A DNA stretch of 64,000 nt from NCBI RefSeq assembly GCF_009834535.1, contig NC_045697.1, forward strand, positions 38,318,001 to 38,382,000. The letters are read 5' to 3'. Below the pieces are notes generated by a model. The model had not been told where the DNA came from and made no database searches. It saw only the letters and a list, made by a program, of their open reading frames with translations. Every line of letters starts with the position of its first letter. Position 1 is the first letter of the stretch. The DNA is from Camelus ferus. Lineage: Eukaryota. Of this stretch, positions 24,086 through 36,397 are shown one piece after another. A program made the position numbers and the translations under genes.

Positions 24086-24935
24086 AACAGTTACTTGTCT
24101 AACCCACATATCATGGTTTTCAGGTTATACTCCCAAAATCGCAACACAGTGAAATTTTAGGTAAGAGTTTAAAATGATCCAATAGTATTTGGCAATGTAA
24201 TTCTTACTGTGACTATACCTAGATCCCAAGAAATACACAGAACCATAATTGAACCCATGGATCATTTTGAACCCAAATGTCTAGATTCTGTCTGTATGAA
24301 ACATCCCTTTTGTACTTCATCACCATCATACACAAGCACTTTGCTTAACAAATTTATACTAAGTAATTAATAGATACATAGAAAACTATATAATGCAAAT
24401 CCGTAGTAGAAATGCCTGTTCTCCTTCACTGTTCTTATACCCCCAAAATAATAGAACTTCTCTAACCAAACAAATTTTAGGTTGATGAGATTTGGAAATG
24501 ACTGTGGTTCTCAAACTTGACCATCTGGCCACAAACCAGAAATAATCTAGAGAGATCCTGCATATACTCTGTTATCTGCTCTGCCCCCAAATGAGGAATC
24601 ACTGCATACTTATCTTTCATAAGTGATAGAAATGTTTATTGGTTGCTTTTACTTTGAACAAAGACTTGAGAGGTTCACAAGCTTTGATTGAATTTTGTTT
24701 TAAATAATTTAGTTTTTTCTCTTATTTTCTTAAATAAAATATATATAGTTTTCAACCTATAGAAATAGTTTTTCTTAGTTATCCCTACTGTTATTCATCT
24801 TTAAATACTGATATTCCAAAATGTTCTAGGTACTAAATTATGTCATGCCTCTATGATATATACATTTGCTTTTAATTATATGTTGTTTCTAACTTTTATA
24901 AGTGTTTCTCTCCCTTGCTTTCTTCCTAACCTTAG

Positions 24936-25119
24936 AGTAACCAAATAAGGCAAATGGAAGAAGTAAAGATCTCAAAGAAGAGTAAAGTAGGAATTCTTCC
25001 ATTTGTAGCTGAATTTGAAGAATTTGCTGGACTCGCAGAATCAATCTTTAAAAATGCTGAGCGTCGTGGAGATCTAGATAAAGCATACACTAAACTCATC
25101 AGAGGAGTGTTTGTTAATG
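24936..25119 (+). CDS. EXOC1: EXOC1 coding exon 16
   Basis: cttag|AGT...AAT G|gtaagc; 184 nt; [61 protein letters not shown]. Confidence 0.96.
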
Positions 25120-25354
25120 GTAAGCCTTTGTTACATTCTAAAGAACTTTTTGGTTGGTTGTTTCTGGTAACTGAGAAGTTGGGGGACAGATATGTTCATT
25201 ATTTTCCATATTCTATATACTTTTTTGAGTTTTCTGAAATTAAAGATTTCTTAAATTTGAAAAATTTACATAAAATCCATTCCTATTCATCAGGAATCAC
25301 TTATATTTTAGGGTTCATAAGGGTCTATCACTCTGTAAAATTGAAATTCGTTTT

Positions 25355-25529
25355 TTTATGTATATTTTTATTGAAATACAGTCAGTTTACAAAGTGTCAA
25401 TTTCTGGTGTACAGCACAATGCTTCAGTCATACATGAACATACATATATTCATTTTCATATTCTTTTTCACCATAAGTTACTACAAGATATCTAATATAG
25501 TTCCCTGCACTATATGCATGAACTTGTTG
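25355..25529 (-). mobile_element. Lineage L1 3'UTR fragment
   Basis: TTTTTATTGAAATACAGTCAGTTTACAA...; similar to the 41153 element; imperfect TGAAATTC-led TSD. Confidence 0.8.
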
Positions 25530-26631
25530 TGAAATTCATATTTTTAAACACAAAAAAATGACTCCCAGATTACATTTGCATTTTAGAGAGAGCCTTCTGG
25601 ACATGATAGGCAGTGATGTCTGTGTAACCTTAAGCAAATCAACTTACTTCCTTAGGCCTCAGTTTTCGTATCTGTCATATGAGGGAGATTAATGCTAAAA
25701 TATTATAATTCCTGTGCCAGATCACACAATTAAGTTACAGAAACAGTTACAGAAACTGTAGATGTTCGTTTAATTTGAAATAAATGATCTGATTGCATCT
25801 ATTCAGGAATTTTTAAAGCTAAAAAAAATTGACAGAAAATGGAATTATCTCACCAGTTACATGTAACATTTTCAATGGAAACAGGTGTAGGGGAAAGATT
25901 AATAAATCATATGATTGAATGTTTATATAGTTGATATTTCTTTTAAAATTCAAAGTAGCTTTGCTTTGTCTGATAGTAAAGTAATTCATGCTCATTACAC
26001 ACCCCCAAAAATCAGCAAATTGATTATAAAAATTAAGAAGAAAATAAAGATCATTTGTAATCTCATCATTCAGAGATAATATTCAGTTTTTATCCTTTTA
26101 AACTTTTTAACTTATCTCTTTCCCTGGTATATATGTGCATGGTGTGTGTGTGTGTATTCTCTAATATAAAAATTTTTATCATACTTTATACACTGTCTTG
26201 GAATCTTCTAGACTCTATAATTCTAGTGTCTTTCCTTACCTATCAATATAGGAACTATAATCATTTGTAATGATTGCATATTATCCCGTTTGTCAGTATT
26301 TATTTACCAGATATTTTATTAATAGGCATTTAGTTTGTTACTAGTTCCCTTTATATATTTTTGTATACGTGTCCAATAATTTCCTTAGGGTTGGTTATTA
26401 GAAATGGAATTACTAAATCAAAATTTTTATGTATATGTCAAGGCTTTTGCCAAATTGCCACACAGAAAGGTTATACTAGTTCAGTGCTGTGAGCAGTTGG
26501 TGAAAGTTTCTGTCACACCTACACCAATACCCAGTATTACTAGGTATTATCAATCTTTTTATTCTTTGTCAGCCTAATAGGTTATAAATCAGTTTTGTTT
26601 ATGGTATGTTTTACCATGAAAGAGCTTTCAA

Positions 26632-26690
26632 TTTTTTTTTTAATTGAGTTATAGTCAGTTTACAATGTTGTGTCAATTTCCGGTGTAGAC
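26632..26690 (-). mobile_element. Ultra-truncated young L1 3' end inserted in older L1-like sequence
   Basis: (T)nAATTGAGTTATAGTCAGTTTACAATGTTGTGTCAATTTCC is nearly identical to 41165ff; TSD GAGCTTTCAA (26622 and 26691). Confidence 0.8.
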
Positions 26691-27217
26691 GAGCTTTCAA
26701 ATTTTATGTCAAATTTATTCATCTTTCTCTTTATGACTTCTAAGTTTGGAGCCATTCTTTGAAAGGTCATACTATCACAAAATTAATTCTTTAATTAGCT
26801 TTATTTTTCTTAGTGCTTATGATTGTATTTGTTTTTTACATTTTAAGTACTTGAGCAATTTAGAATTTGTTTGGTTGAAAGATATGAAATAGGAATCCAA
26901 ATTTAGTGTATTCAAAGGGACCAGCTAGCTGTCCTAACACATTTTGAGTAATTCATCATTTCCCCACTGATTTGAAAAGCCGCCTTTATTCTCTGCTATG
27001 TTTCCATATATATATATGGGACTATTTTAGAATTTTTTTTTATTAGGTTTAGGTGAATGTGAAGATCCTTCAATACAATATATTTTATCTTATTAAATCC
27101 AGCAGTGTACTTACTTCTTAAACTTACAAATTTTAAAAAAATCATGTAAATTTTTATAGTTAACTATGGTCATACTTACATCAGGATGTTGTTATATGTT
27201 TTCCATTTTCACTTTAG

Positions 27218-27417
27218 TGGAGAAAGTAGCAAACGAAAGCCAGAAGACGCCCAGGGATGTAGTGATGATGGAAAACTTTCACCATATTTTTGCAACACTT
27301 TCTCGTTTGAAAATCTCATGTCTAGAAGCTGAAAAAAAAGAAGCCAAACAAAAATACACAGATCACCTTCAGTCTTATGTCATATACTCTTTAGGACAGC
27401 CTCTTGAAAAACTAAAT
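27218..27417 (+). CDS. EXOC1: EXOC1 coding exon 17
   Basis: tttag|TG GAG...AAT|gtaagt; 200 nt; (V)[66 protein letters not shown]. Confidence 0.96.
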
Positions 27418-28079
27418 GTAAGTGTATTTTCATTCAGTATGTTTTTCCTGGTTTTGAACTTGTGTACAGTTGAATAACACAATAGACACTCACTTTAAAT
27501 TTGCTCATGTATTGATGCAGGAGAATAAGGAAGGAGGGGACTCAGATCCTGGCGCTACCAATGTGCCAAGACACTGCTAGATGTTTTATATACATTATTT
27601 CTTTTAATTCTTTTAAGCAATGATGTGAGGTAAGATGATACTATCCCCATTTTACAAATGAAGAAACTTAAAGGGAATAAATGTTACAATAGCTGGCAAG
27701 TAGCAAAGCTGGGGGATGAACTCAGATTTAGATTCAGGCTTTTCCATTATACCAGACTCTTCCATTTCTTACCTCATAAATGGTTAACCTTTATCCCTAG
27801 TTCAGATGAAGATTTTGAAAACTTTATTAAGATAAATAGAAGACCAAAAATTACTTTATTCATTGCCTTTTCCTTTCCCTTCCTTTCTTGACTTGAGTCT
27901 TTCCTCAGTGTATGTCTGATTATTAAAAGTGAGAAATGATCATTTTAGAGAAGTTTGCAACATAGTAGAAGATTAAATGGACCCTTCTAATTAACTTTGC
28001 CCACAATGTGATTAGTATCTTTCATAAGTTTTTAACTTGAAATTAGAGTCAAATAAAAATTATATATATGTTTTCAACA

Positions 28080-29530
28080 GTTCAAGGAAATACTTAAAAG
28101 ACATTTAATCAAATGCAGAACCAGTTCTTTATAAAACTTAAGAATAGCCAGATATTCCCTAGGGTAAAAGGTCAGTCTCAGACCTAAAGCCTACATGATA
28201 CTTAACTGCACTGTAGAAGCATTTCCTTTGAAAGCAAATTTAAAACAGAAACATTGATAGATCCTTTATTATTTGACATTGTTATGGAATCTCTAGCCAA
28301 TTCAATAAGACCTGAAACATAAAAAATTTTGAAAGGAGAGTCAAGATTATAATATATATATTATATATATATATATTATAATATATATATGTATATAATA
28401 TGTTGAAATTATTTTGTCTAGTAAAGTGGTAGGGGTTCAAAATAAATAGATCAAAAACAACTTATTTCCTATATATTATAATAACCAATTAAAAGTCCTT
28501 GTAGAAACAAAATTTTAAAAGCACCAGGAATAGTCTTGTCCGAAACATTACTATCAAGAAGTTAATAATTAAATGAAGAATAAATAAATGATGATTGCTA
28601 AGAAAATTTTAGAGAAAAGTAATGAGAGGGGATTTGGCTTGTCAGTATTAAATCATATTGTGTGATGCTCAAATAAAGACTTGCCAATCAATATACATAT
28701 AAAAAAGTCAATTATACTAAAAGACAGCCCAAGAAGTATATTTGTAACAGTATAACAGTCAGCATATTTGATATAGAAGATCTTCTTAAACTCAGTAAGA
28801 AAAACACCAAAATCATGGTATGTAAATACATGATGGTTCTGATTGTACTACAAAGCATATGAAAAGCAGATTAACTTCATTTATAGCCAAAAATTTTCAA
28901 AATAAAATGACAGATAAACTTTTTTCACTTTTCAGAATAGCAGAGATTTTTTTCAATTTTGATAATGCTGGTGATTGTATGCTAAGGTAACAGTCTCATG
29001 TACTGTTGACAGAAATAAAATTGATTGAACTTTTCTGGGAAGCAATTTGTGTATATGAAGAATCTTCAGAATACTTTAAATTATACTCTTCAATTGAAGA
29101 ATTATAACCCTAGAAATTTATGCTGGAAAGTAATCAGTAATGTGGGTAAATACTTATGTATGAAAATTATTTATGACAGCTGTATTTATAATAGATTTTT
29201 TTAATGAGTAGATTCAGTTAACTCCAAGAAAAAAGTGAAAAATATTAAATACCTAATACTGGGGGGATGAATAAACAAATTGTAGTTCAGTTATTGGATA
29301 GAATATTATGCAGCCATTAAAATTTATACTTTGGAAAAAAAAATATTAAATGGAAAATATATAAAATTATAATCTCATTTATGTACTCACACATCAAAAG
29401 ACTAGAAGGAAATCTAAAATGTTAACAGTGATTATCCCACAGTGGTATGTAATAGGTGATTATTATTTTATTCTTTATATTTTCACACATTGTCTAATTT
29501 TTACACAGTGAAAATATACTATTTTATAAT
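28080..29530 (+). mobile_element. Degenerate old L1M(E) fragments with an internal (TA)n
   Basis: L1 ORF2/3'-like motifs such as GATAGAATATTATGCAGCCATTAAAA and AAAATGTTAACAGTGATTATC. Confidence 0.6.
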
Positions 29531-29601
29531 CAGACTTTTTAAAAAATGTAAGCGATAATGAAAGCAGTTCTTAGCCATTATTTCTCTTCATTTCCTTGAA
29601 G

Positions 29602-29796
29602 CATTTCTTTGAAGGCGTTGAAGCTCGAGTAGCACAGGGTATAAGAGAGGAGGAAGTAAGCTATCAACTTGCATTTAACAAACAAGAACTCCGAAAAGTT
29701 ATTAAAGAGTATCCTGGAAAAGAAGTGAAAAAAGGTCTAGATAACCTTTACAAGAAGGTTGATAAACATTTATGTGAAGAGGAGAACTTACTTCAG
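29602..29796 (+). CDS. EXOC1: EXOC1 coding exon 18
   Basis: tgaag|CAT...CAG|gtatgc; 195 nt; [65 protein letters not shown]. Confidence 0.96.
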
Positions 29797-31104
29797 GTAT
29801 GCTTTAGTTCTTTTTATCATCCTAAATTGCACATCGTTATATATATCTTTTTTCTCCAAAATATTCCTCTGAAATGCTACACATTTTCTAATTTTAGTAC
29901 AGGAGGAAAATTCCATAAAGTATGAACCAAATTATGAATTGTGAAGAAGAAAGGAATATTTATATTTTATATGGCTATTCTTATTTATTTAATTTTTTTG
30001 TTTTGAGGTGTTAAGTTGGTTTTTCTTTGCTTGGGGATGGGGTTTTTTCGTTGCTTTTTTGTTTTGTTTCAGTTTTGAGGGTAGAAAGGAAACGGAATGG
30101 CATATAGTACAGTGGAGTGATTCCGAACATGGGGGTTGACATTCGAAATGGGTTCATAATCTGGCTCCAGATAAAGCTGCATGATTTAGGGCAAGTTACT
30201 TAACTTCTCTGAGCCTCAGTTTATTTGAAAAAAAGGAAATAATACCTCTCCTGTATAGTGGGCATTACTATTATTGTCATAGCTCATTTTATACATGAGA
30301 AAATCAGAGCTCAGAGAGGTGAAGTATGTGACCATGATCCCATAGCTAGTGGATGGTAGACCAGATTTAAACCACAAATCAAGCCATTATATTTCATAAG
30401 CCATACTGAAAGGCCCAGGGATGAGTGAGAATAATTCTGATTTTAACATCACAGAAGGCTTCACAAAGTAAAGCGTTTGTGTTAGCCTCTGAAAGTCAGA
30501 TACTAATTTAACAGAAAAAGTAGGAGTAGTGGCATTCCAGATGGAAGAAATACCAGGAGCTAAAAGATGATGAACAAAAAGTGTTAAACTCTTTAGTAAA
30601 TAGTCTTAAGTTGACTATTAGGAATTTAGGATTTATGAGATTTAGGGTTCGCGAGGAAAACTCCTAGAAGAATGTATTGCCATAACTGGCAGATAGGGAT
30701 GATATTCCAAGCACCCACCCTCACTAGGTTGTCATGAGACTTAAATAGGGTAATACACACGTAAAGTACTTTGTACTGTGCTGATATAGAGTAAGTGGCA
30801 ATAAATGTAACCTATTAATATGAGCTAATATGTCTGTATCATATTCTGTCTTGATATTTGTCCATATCTTAGTTCCACTTTCAGATTATAAATTCCTTTG
30901 AATGCAGGTGATTGGTCTGACTCATCTTGGTGTCCTCTGTGGCATTAAGCAATGTTCTACATCATCAATTTCAGATAAAGATATTTTTAAATTTTCATCT
31001 GATGTGAAACTTCAGCCTTAACTGTTGCATTTCATTTAATCTCACTAGTCTTAGTTTCATACATAGTTGTGCGCAACCACATCCCTATTGAATATTGGAA
31101 CAAA

Positions 31105-31355
31105 TATAATAGTAGCTAAAATGTAATGAGTGCTTATTGTACCAAACACTGTTCTGAGCACTTTACATACATTCACTCGTTTAATCCTCACACAAAACTT
31201 ACGAGGAAGGTATTATTATCATTATCCCAGTTTACAGATGAGGAACTTGAGGCACAGAGCAGTGAGGTAACGTACTCATGGTCACCAGTCTTACAAGTGG
31301 AAGGAGCTAGGATTCTAGCTCCAGCATGTGTGTTCTTAACTATTATGCTGTACTA
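31105..31355 (-). mobile_element. MIR SINE
   Basis: TTTAATCCTCACA...CCCAGTTTACAGATGAGGAACTTGAGGCACAGAG core. Confidence 0.8.
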
Positions 31356-31449
31356 AATTCTTAGAATGTCTTGATGTTATTTCTACGTACTTGATCATGT
31401 ATTATTTCCATTCATAGTTCAATGACTTTGATTTTCATTTTTACTGTAG

Positions 31450-31602
31450 GTGGTGTGGCACTCCATGCAGGATGAATTTATACGCCAGTACAAGCATTTT
31501 GAAGGTTTGATAGCTCGCTGTTATCCTGGATCTGGTGTTACAATGGAATTCACTATCCAGGACATTCTGGATTATTGTTCCAGCATTGCACAGTCCCACT
31601 AA
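31450..31602 (+). CDS. EXOC1: EXOC1 last coding exon 19, with stop
   Basis: tgtag|GTG...[56 protein letters not shown]. Confidence 0.96.
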
Positions 31603-32108
31603 ACCTTATAAAGGAAGAAAAGATAAATGAAAAAAGTATTCTGAGTACACCAGACACTATTCAAGAATATCAAACAGCTCTTTTGAGAATTCAGTCTTGA
31701 AATTTTGTGTATTACTAAAGGTCAGATAAATGGGTAATACCGTACCACAAATATTCAGGAGTGAAAATACCAACCTAGGTAGTAGTTTTATTTGCCCAAT
31801 AGGTTGTGTACTAACTTAATGCACTTATTGCATCATAAATACTGTTAGCATTTTTCTATGACTGAACCGGAAATTTTCCTTTATTGCCTCACTTTTGTAT
31901 TTGAGAGTGGTCATCCTGTGTGTAAGGCATTGGGAGTTCTTCAACTTTGACTAATTCAGTATTGCTTGCAAATCATCTAACTACTAAAATATTGTATAGA
32001 ATTTTTTCCCTGTGTCTATCTAATGTGTATATGAATAGGGATCTTGTGATGATCAGTTATAAACTTGGATTTTGAGGATTATGTTCCTCTGTGTAACAGT
32101 GTATCTAA

Positions 32109-32114
32109 AATAAA
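32109..32114 (+). terminator. EXOC1: Likely EXOC1 polyadenylation signal (3'UTR about 31603-32135)
   Basis: AATAAA about 510 nt after the stop, with TGTA elements just upstream. Confidence 0.75.
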
Positions 32115-32296
32115 GAAATTTTCAAAAAAGTTGAAATTTGATACCATTATTCTTAGATCTGTCATATGCTGTCATTTATGTAAAAGCAAGTTCTTATAAA
32201 ACCAATCTATAAAAATTAATTACATGCCCATTACCTTAAAAGTTAAAAGTGTAATAAGAAATATAAAACCATTAGCATCAAAAATATTTAGCATTT

Positions 32297-32461
32297 GGGT
32301 AGGGGAGGGTATAGCTCAGTGGTAGAGCACATCCTTAGCATGCACAAGGTCCTGGGTTCAATTCCCAATACCTCCATTAAAATAAGTAAGTAAATAAATA
32401 ACCCTAATTTCCTCCCCCCAAAACAAGCAAACAAAAAAAAACAACCACCAAATAAATGAAT
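32297..32461 (+). mobile_element. tRNA-Ala-derived SINE (camelid Vic-1-like)
   Basis: GGGGAGGGTATAGCTCAGTGGTAGAGCAC (A box)...GGTTCAATTCCC (B box), A-rich tail, TSD AAATATTTAGCATTT/AAATATTTAGTATTT. Confidence 0.85.
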
Positions 32462-32499
32462 AAATATTTAGTATTTAGGACTAAATCTAACAAAACATA

Positions 32500-32839
32500 T
32501 ACTATGGACTGAATTGTGTCCCTTCAAAATTCATATATGGAACTCCTAAACACCCCCACCCCTCACCATGTAATTGACTTAGAGATAAGGCCTTTAAGGG
32601 GGTGATTAAGGTTAAGTGAGGTCATAAGGGTGGCCTTTCCGAGAAGAGACACCAGAACTCTCTGTCATGTGACACAGAAAGAAGCCATCTACAGGGCAGG
32701 AAGAGAGCCTCCCCAGAACTCAGCCATACTGGCACCCTGATCTCGGACTTCCAGGCTCCAAAACTGAGAAAATAAATTTCTGCGTTTAAACCACCCAATC
32801 TATGATACCTTGTTATGGCAGCCTGAGCTGACTAGCACA
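32500..32839 (+). mobile_element. MLT1A-like MaLR solo LTR
   Basis: TACTATGGACTGAATTGTGTCCC...AATAAATTTCTG...TTGTTATGGCAGCCTGAGCTGACTAGCACA. Confidence 0.8.
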
Positions 32840-32979
32840 AGGTGGATATAACACCTTTATGGAGAAAAGTATAAAGCTATCAAAAAATATTTTAAAAGGC
32901 TTAAATAAGTGGAGGAATATTTCATGTTTCCAGATAAAAACACATAACGTGTAGAAATGGCAGTCATTCCTAAATTCAA

Positions 32980-34354
32980 AGATTCAGTTTCCAGTCTACA
33001 AGTAAGAATCTTGAAAGTCACCTCTCCATCCTAACAAGTAAAAGAGCTGAAAAAACTTAAGGCCAACTCTTCTTAGATTTGTAAAAGAAGTAAGGTCACA
33101 GTACAAACCACTGCCACAATTGGAGAGACCAGCAGGAGAACACAGACTCACAACTTACCCAAGCACAAACCCTCGAGCTGAAACCACAGGAACCAGTGCT
33201 GATGTAGGGAAAACAGCTGTAATTGACAAGTTGCCCCAGAAAAGTGTGAATAAGCCTGAGAAATAAAAACTCCAGGGGGACCCAGTCTTTGGCAATAAAA
33301 CTTTTGTGAGTTTTACCTCCTACAGCTCTACCAAGTTCTTACATTGAATATCAGAAAAAAAAAATCCCTTTGTGCTTCTAGCAGGGGGAGGGGGAAAGGA
33401 ACCATTTAAAAATATGTCAGAATATTCTGTTCTTAACAAAGTCTGCTCTCGGAAGAAAGTAGCCAGAACCTAACAGATGTGGGAGAAGGGAAATCCCCAA
33501 CTCCAGTGGACTCTAGCCTTCCACATGGACTGGAAGGGAAATACCCAACTTCAGCCCACTCTCACCTAAAGCAGGAGAAGGGGCTGAAGAGCACAGATAA
33601 AGTTCATAGTCAAGAATACAGATTCACTAAAAGACAGACCACCACATTACTAGGGCCTATTTACAGCAGTTCTTTTTACCTGGTACATCATGTCTGGCTA
33701 TCAAGAAAAAATTATAAGATACTAAAAAACACAATTTGAAGAGACAAAGCAAACTAGAACAGACTCAGGTATTGGAATTCTCAGAATAGGGATTTAAAAC
33801 AACTATGATTAATTTGCTAAGGGCTCTAATGAATAAACCAGAGAGCATGCAAGAACAGATGGGCAATGTAAGTAGATAGAAAGCAGTAACAAATATGGTA
33901 GCTCTTAATCCAACTATATCAAAAACCATTTTGAATGTCAATAATCTAAATACACCAATTTGAAGACAGAGATTGTCAGAGTGGAACAAAAAATAAGACC
34001 CAGTCACAAATTGTCTACAAGAAACCCACTTTAAAAATAAAGACACAGGTAGATTAAATGGATGGAGAAAAAATATACCCCATGCTAATACTAATCAAAA
34101 GAAAGCAGTAGATATATTCATTTCAGCCAGAGCAGACAGCAGAGTAAGGAAAGTTATTGGGGATAAAAGAGGGCATCACATAACGATAAAGAGGCCAATT
34201 CTCCAGCAAAACATAACAGTCCTTAACATGCATATGCCTAACAACAGAGCACTGAAATAGGTGAGGTGAATACTAATAGAACTGCAAGGGGAAGTAGATG
34301 AATCACTAGTATAGTTGGAGACTTCAGTACATCTTTATCAGAAATGGACAGATC
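32980..34354 (+). mobile_element. Older L1M 5' region, ORF1 remnant and ORF2 endonuclease fragment
   Basis: TTTAAAACAACTATGATTAAT, TTGAATGTCAATAATCTAAATACACCAATT, TTGTCTACAAGAAACCCAC and GTTGGAGACTTCAGTAC motifs. Confidence 0.75.
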
Positions 34355-35363
34355 CAGACAACCTACGGAATGGGAGAAAATATTTGCAAACAATGCAACT
34401 GACAAAGGCTTAATTTCCAGAATATACAAACAGCTCATACAACTCAATAACAAAAAACAAACAAACAACCCAATAAAAAATGAGCAGAAGTCCTAAACAG
34501 ACATTTCTTCAATGGAGACATACAAATGACCAATAGGTACATGAAAAAATGCTCAATATTGCTAATTATCAGAGAAATGCAAATCAAAACCACAATGACG
34601 TATCACCTTAGTCAGAATGACCATCATTAAAAAGTCTACAAAAACAAATGCTGGAGATGTTGTGCAGATAAGGGAACCCACCTACATTGTTGGTGGGTTG
34701 GTAGTTTGGTGCAGCCATTGTGGAAAACAGACTTTACCCTATGATCCAGCAATCCTACCCCTAGGCATATATCTGGAGGAAACTCTAATTCAAAAAGATA
34801 CATGCACCCTAGTGTTCACAGCAGCACTATTTACAATAGCCATGGCACGGAAACAACCTAAATGTCCATCAACAGATGACTGGGTAATATGCATATGTAT
34901 ATAATATAAAAATGATGGAATACTATTCAGCCATAAAAAGAATGGAATTATGCCATTTGCAGCAACATGGATGGACCTACAGATTATCATACTAAGTGAA
35001 GTAATCTAGAAAGAAAAATACAAATACCACATATTTACATGTGGAATCTGAAAAAATGACATAAATGAACTTATTTACAAAACGGAAACACAATCACAGA
35101 CATAGAAAACAAACTTATAGTTACCGGGGGGAAAGGGTGGGAGGGATAAATTGGGAGTTTGGGATTTGCAGATATTAACCACTATATATAAAATAGATAA
35201 ATGACAAGGCCCTACTGTATAGCATGGAGAACTATATTCAATATCTTGTAGTCACCTACAGTGAAAAAGAATATGAAGAATATATGTGTGTGTGTGTATA
35301 ACTGAATCACCATGCTGTACACCAGAGATTAACACAACATTGTAAATGACTATACTTCAATTA
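34355..35363 (+). mobile_element. Lineage L1 3' end (ORF2 C-terminus and 3'UTR), copy 1
   Basis: GAATGGGAGAAAATATTTGCAAAC; ORF 34617 has PYDPAILPLGIY...KQPKCPSTDDW. Confidence 0.9.
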
Positions 35364-36397
35364 ATACAAACAGCTCATACAGCTTAATATCAAAAAAAAA
35401 AGCCAACAAACAACCCAATCAAAAAAATGGACAGAAGACCTAAATAGACATTTCTCCATAGAATACATCCAGATGACCAATAGGCACCTGAAAAGATGTT
35501 CAACATCACTAATTATGAGAGAAATACAAATCAAAACTACAATGAGGTATCACCTCACACCAGTCAAAATGGCCATCATTAAAATGTTTACAAATGATAA
35601 ATCCTAAGAGGAGGTGGAGAAAAGGAACCCTTCTACACTGTTGATGGGAATGTAGTTTGGTGCAGCCAGCATGGAGGACAGTATGGAGTTTCCTCAGAAA
35701 ACTAAAAATAGACTTACCATATGACCCAGCAATCCCAATCCTGGGTATATATCCAGAGAAAACTGTAATTTGAAAAGACACACTGCACCCCAATGTGCAC
35801 AGCAGCACTATTTACAATAGCCAAGACATGGAAACAACCTAAATGTCCATCGAAAGATGAATGGATAAAGAAGATATGATACATATATTATATATATACA
35901 TATATATATAAAATACATATATATATATATATATAATGGATATTACTCAGCCATAAGAATGAAATAATACCATTTGCAGCAACATGGATGGACCTAGAGA
36001 TTATCTTATTAAGTAAATCAGAGAAAGACAAATACAAATACAAATATGCTATCACTTATATGTGTAATCTACAGAAAGATACACATTTTATTTACAAACC
36101 AGAAATAGTCTCACAGACATAGAAAACAAACTATGGCTACTAAAGGGGAAAGGGTAAAGGGAAGGATAAATTAGGACTTTGGGATTAACAGATACACACT
36201 ACTACATATAAAATAAACAATAATGACCTACTGTATAGCACGGGGAACTATATTCAGTTTCTTGTAGTAAGCTATAATGGAAAAGAATCTGAAAATATAT
36301 GTATATGTATAACTGAACTGCTTTGCTGCACACCTGAAATCAACTACACATCAATAAAAAAACAAAATAAAATAAAAACAGCAAATAAATAAATAAA
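35364..36397 (+). mobile_element. Lineage L1 3' end, copy 2 (tandem with copy 1), with A-rich tail
   Basis: Restarts at ACAAACAGCTCATACA and ends CAATAAAAAAACAAAATAAAATAAAAAC. Confidence 0.9.

Noticed and set aside
24954..25532. 192-aa ORF
   Set aside because: Exon 16 reading through its donor into intron and an antisense L1 fragment; the same applies to ORFs at 1325, 1677, 21549, 27166, 29596, 60485 and 61460.
32302..32375. tRNA-Ala-like sequence as a real tRNA gene
   Set aside because: It has a SINE tail and TSD, no T-run terminator, and a related degenerate copy at 16320-16514.
34617..35808. ORFs at 34617, 34790 and 35509 (also 41607) as genes
   Set aside because: Sense or antisense translations of truncated L1 ORF2 remnants.
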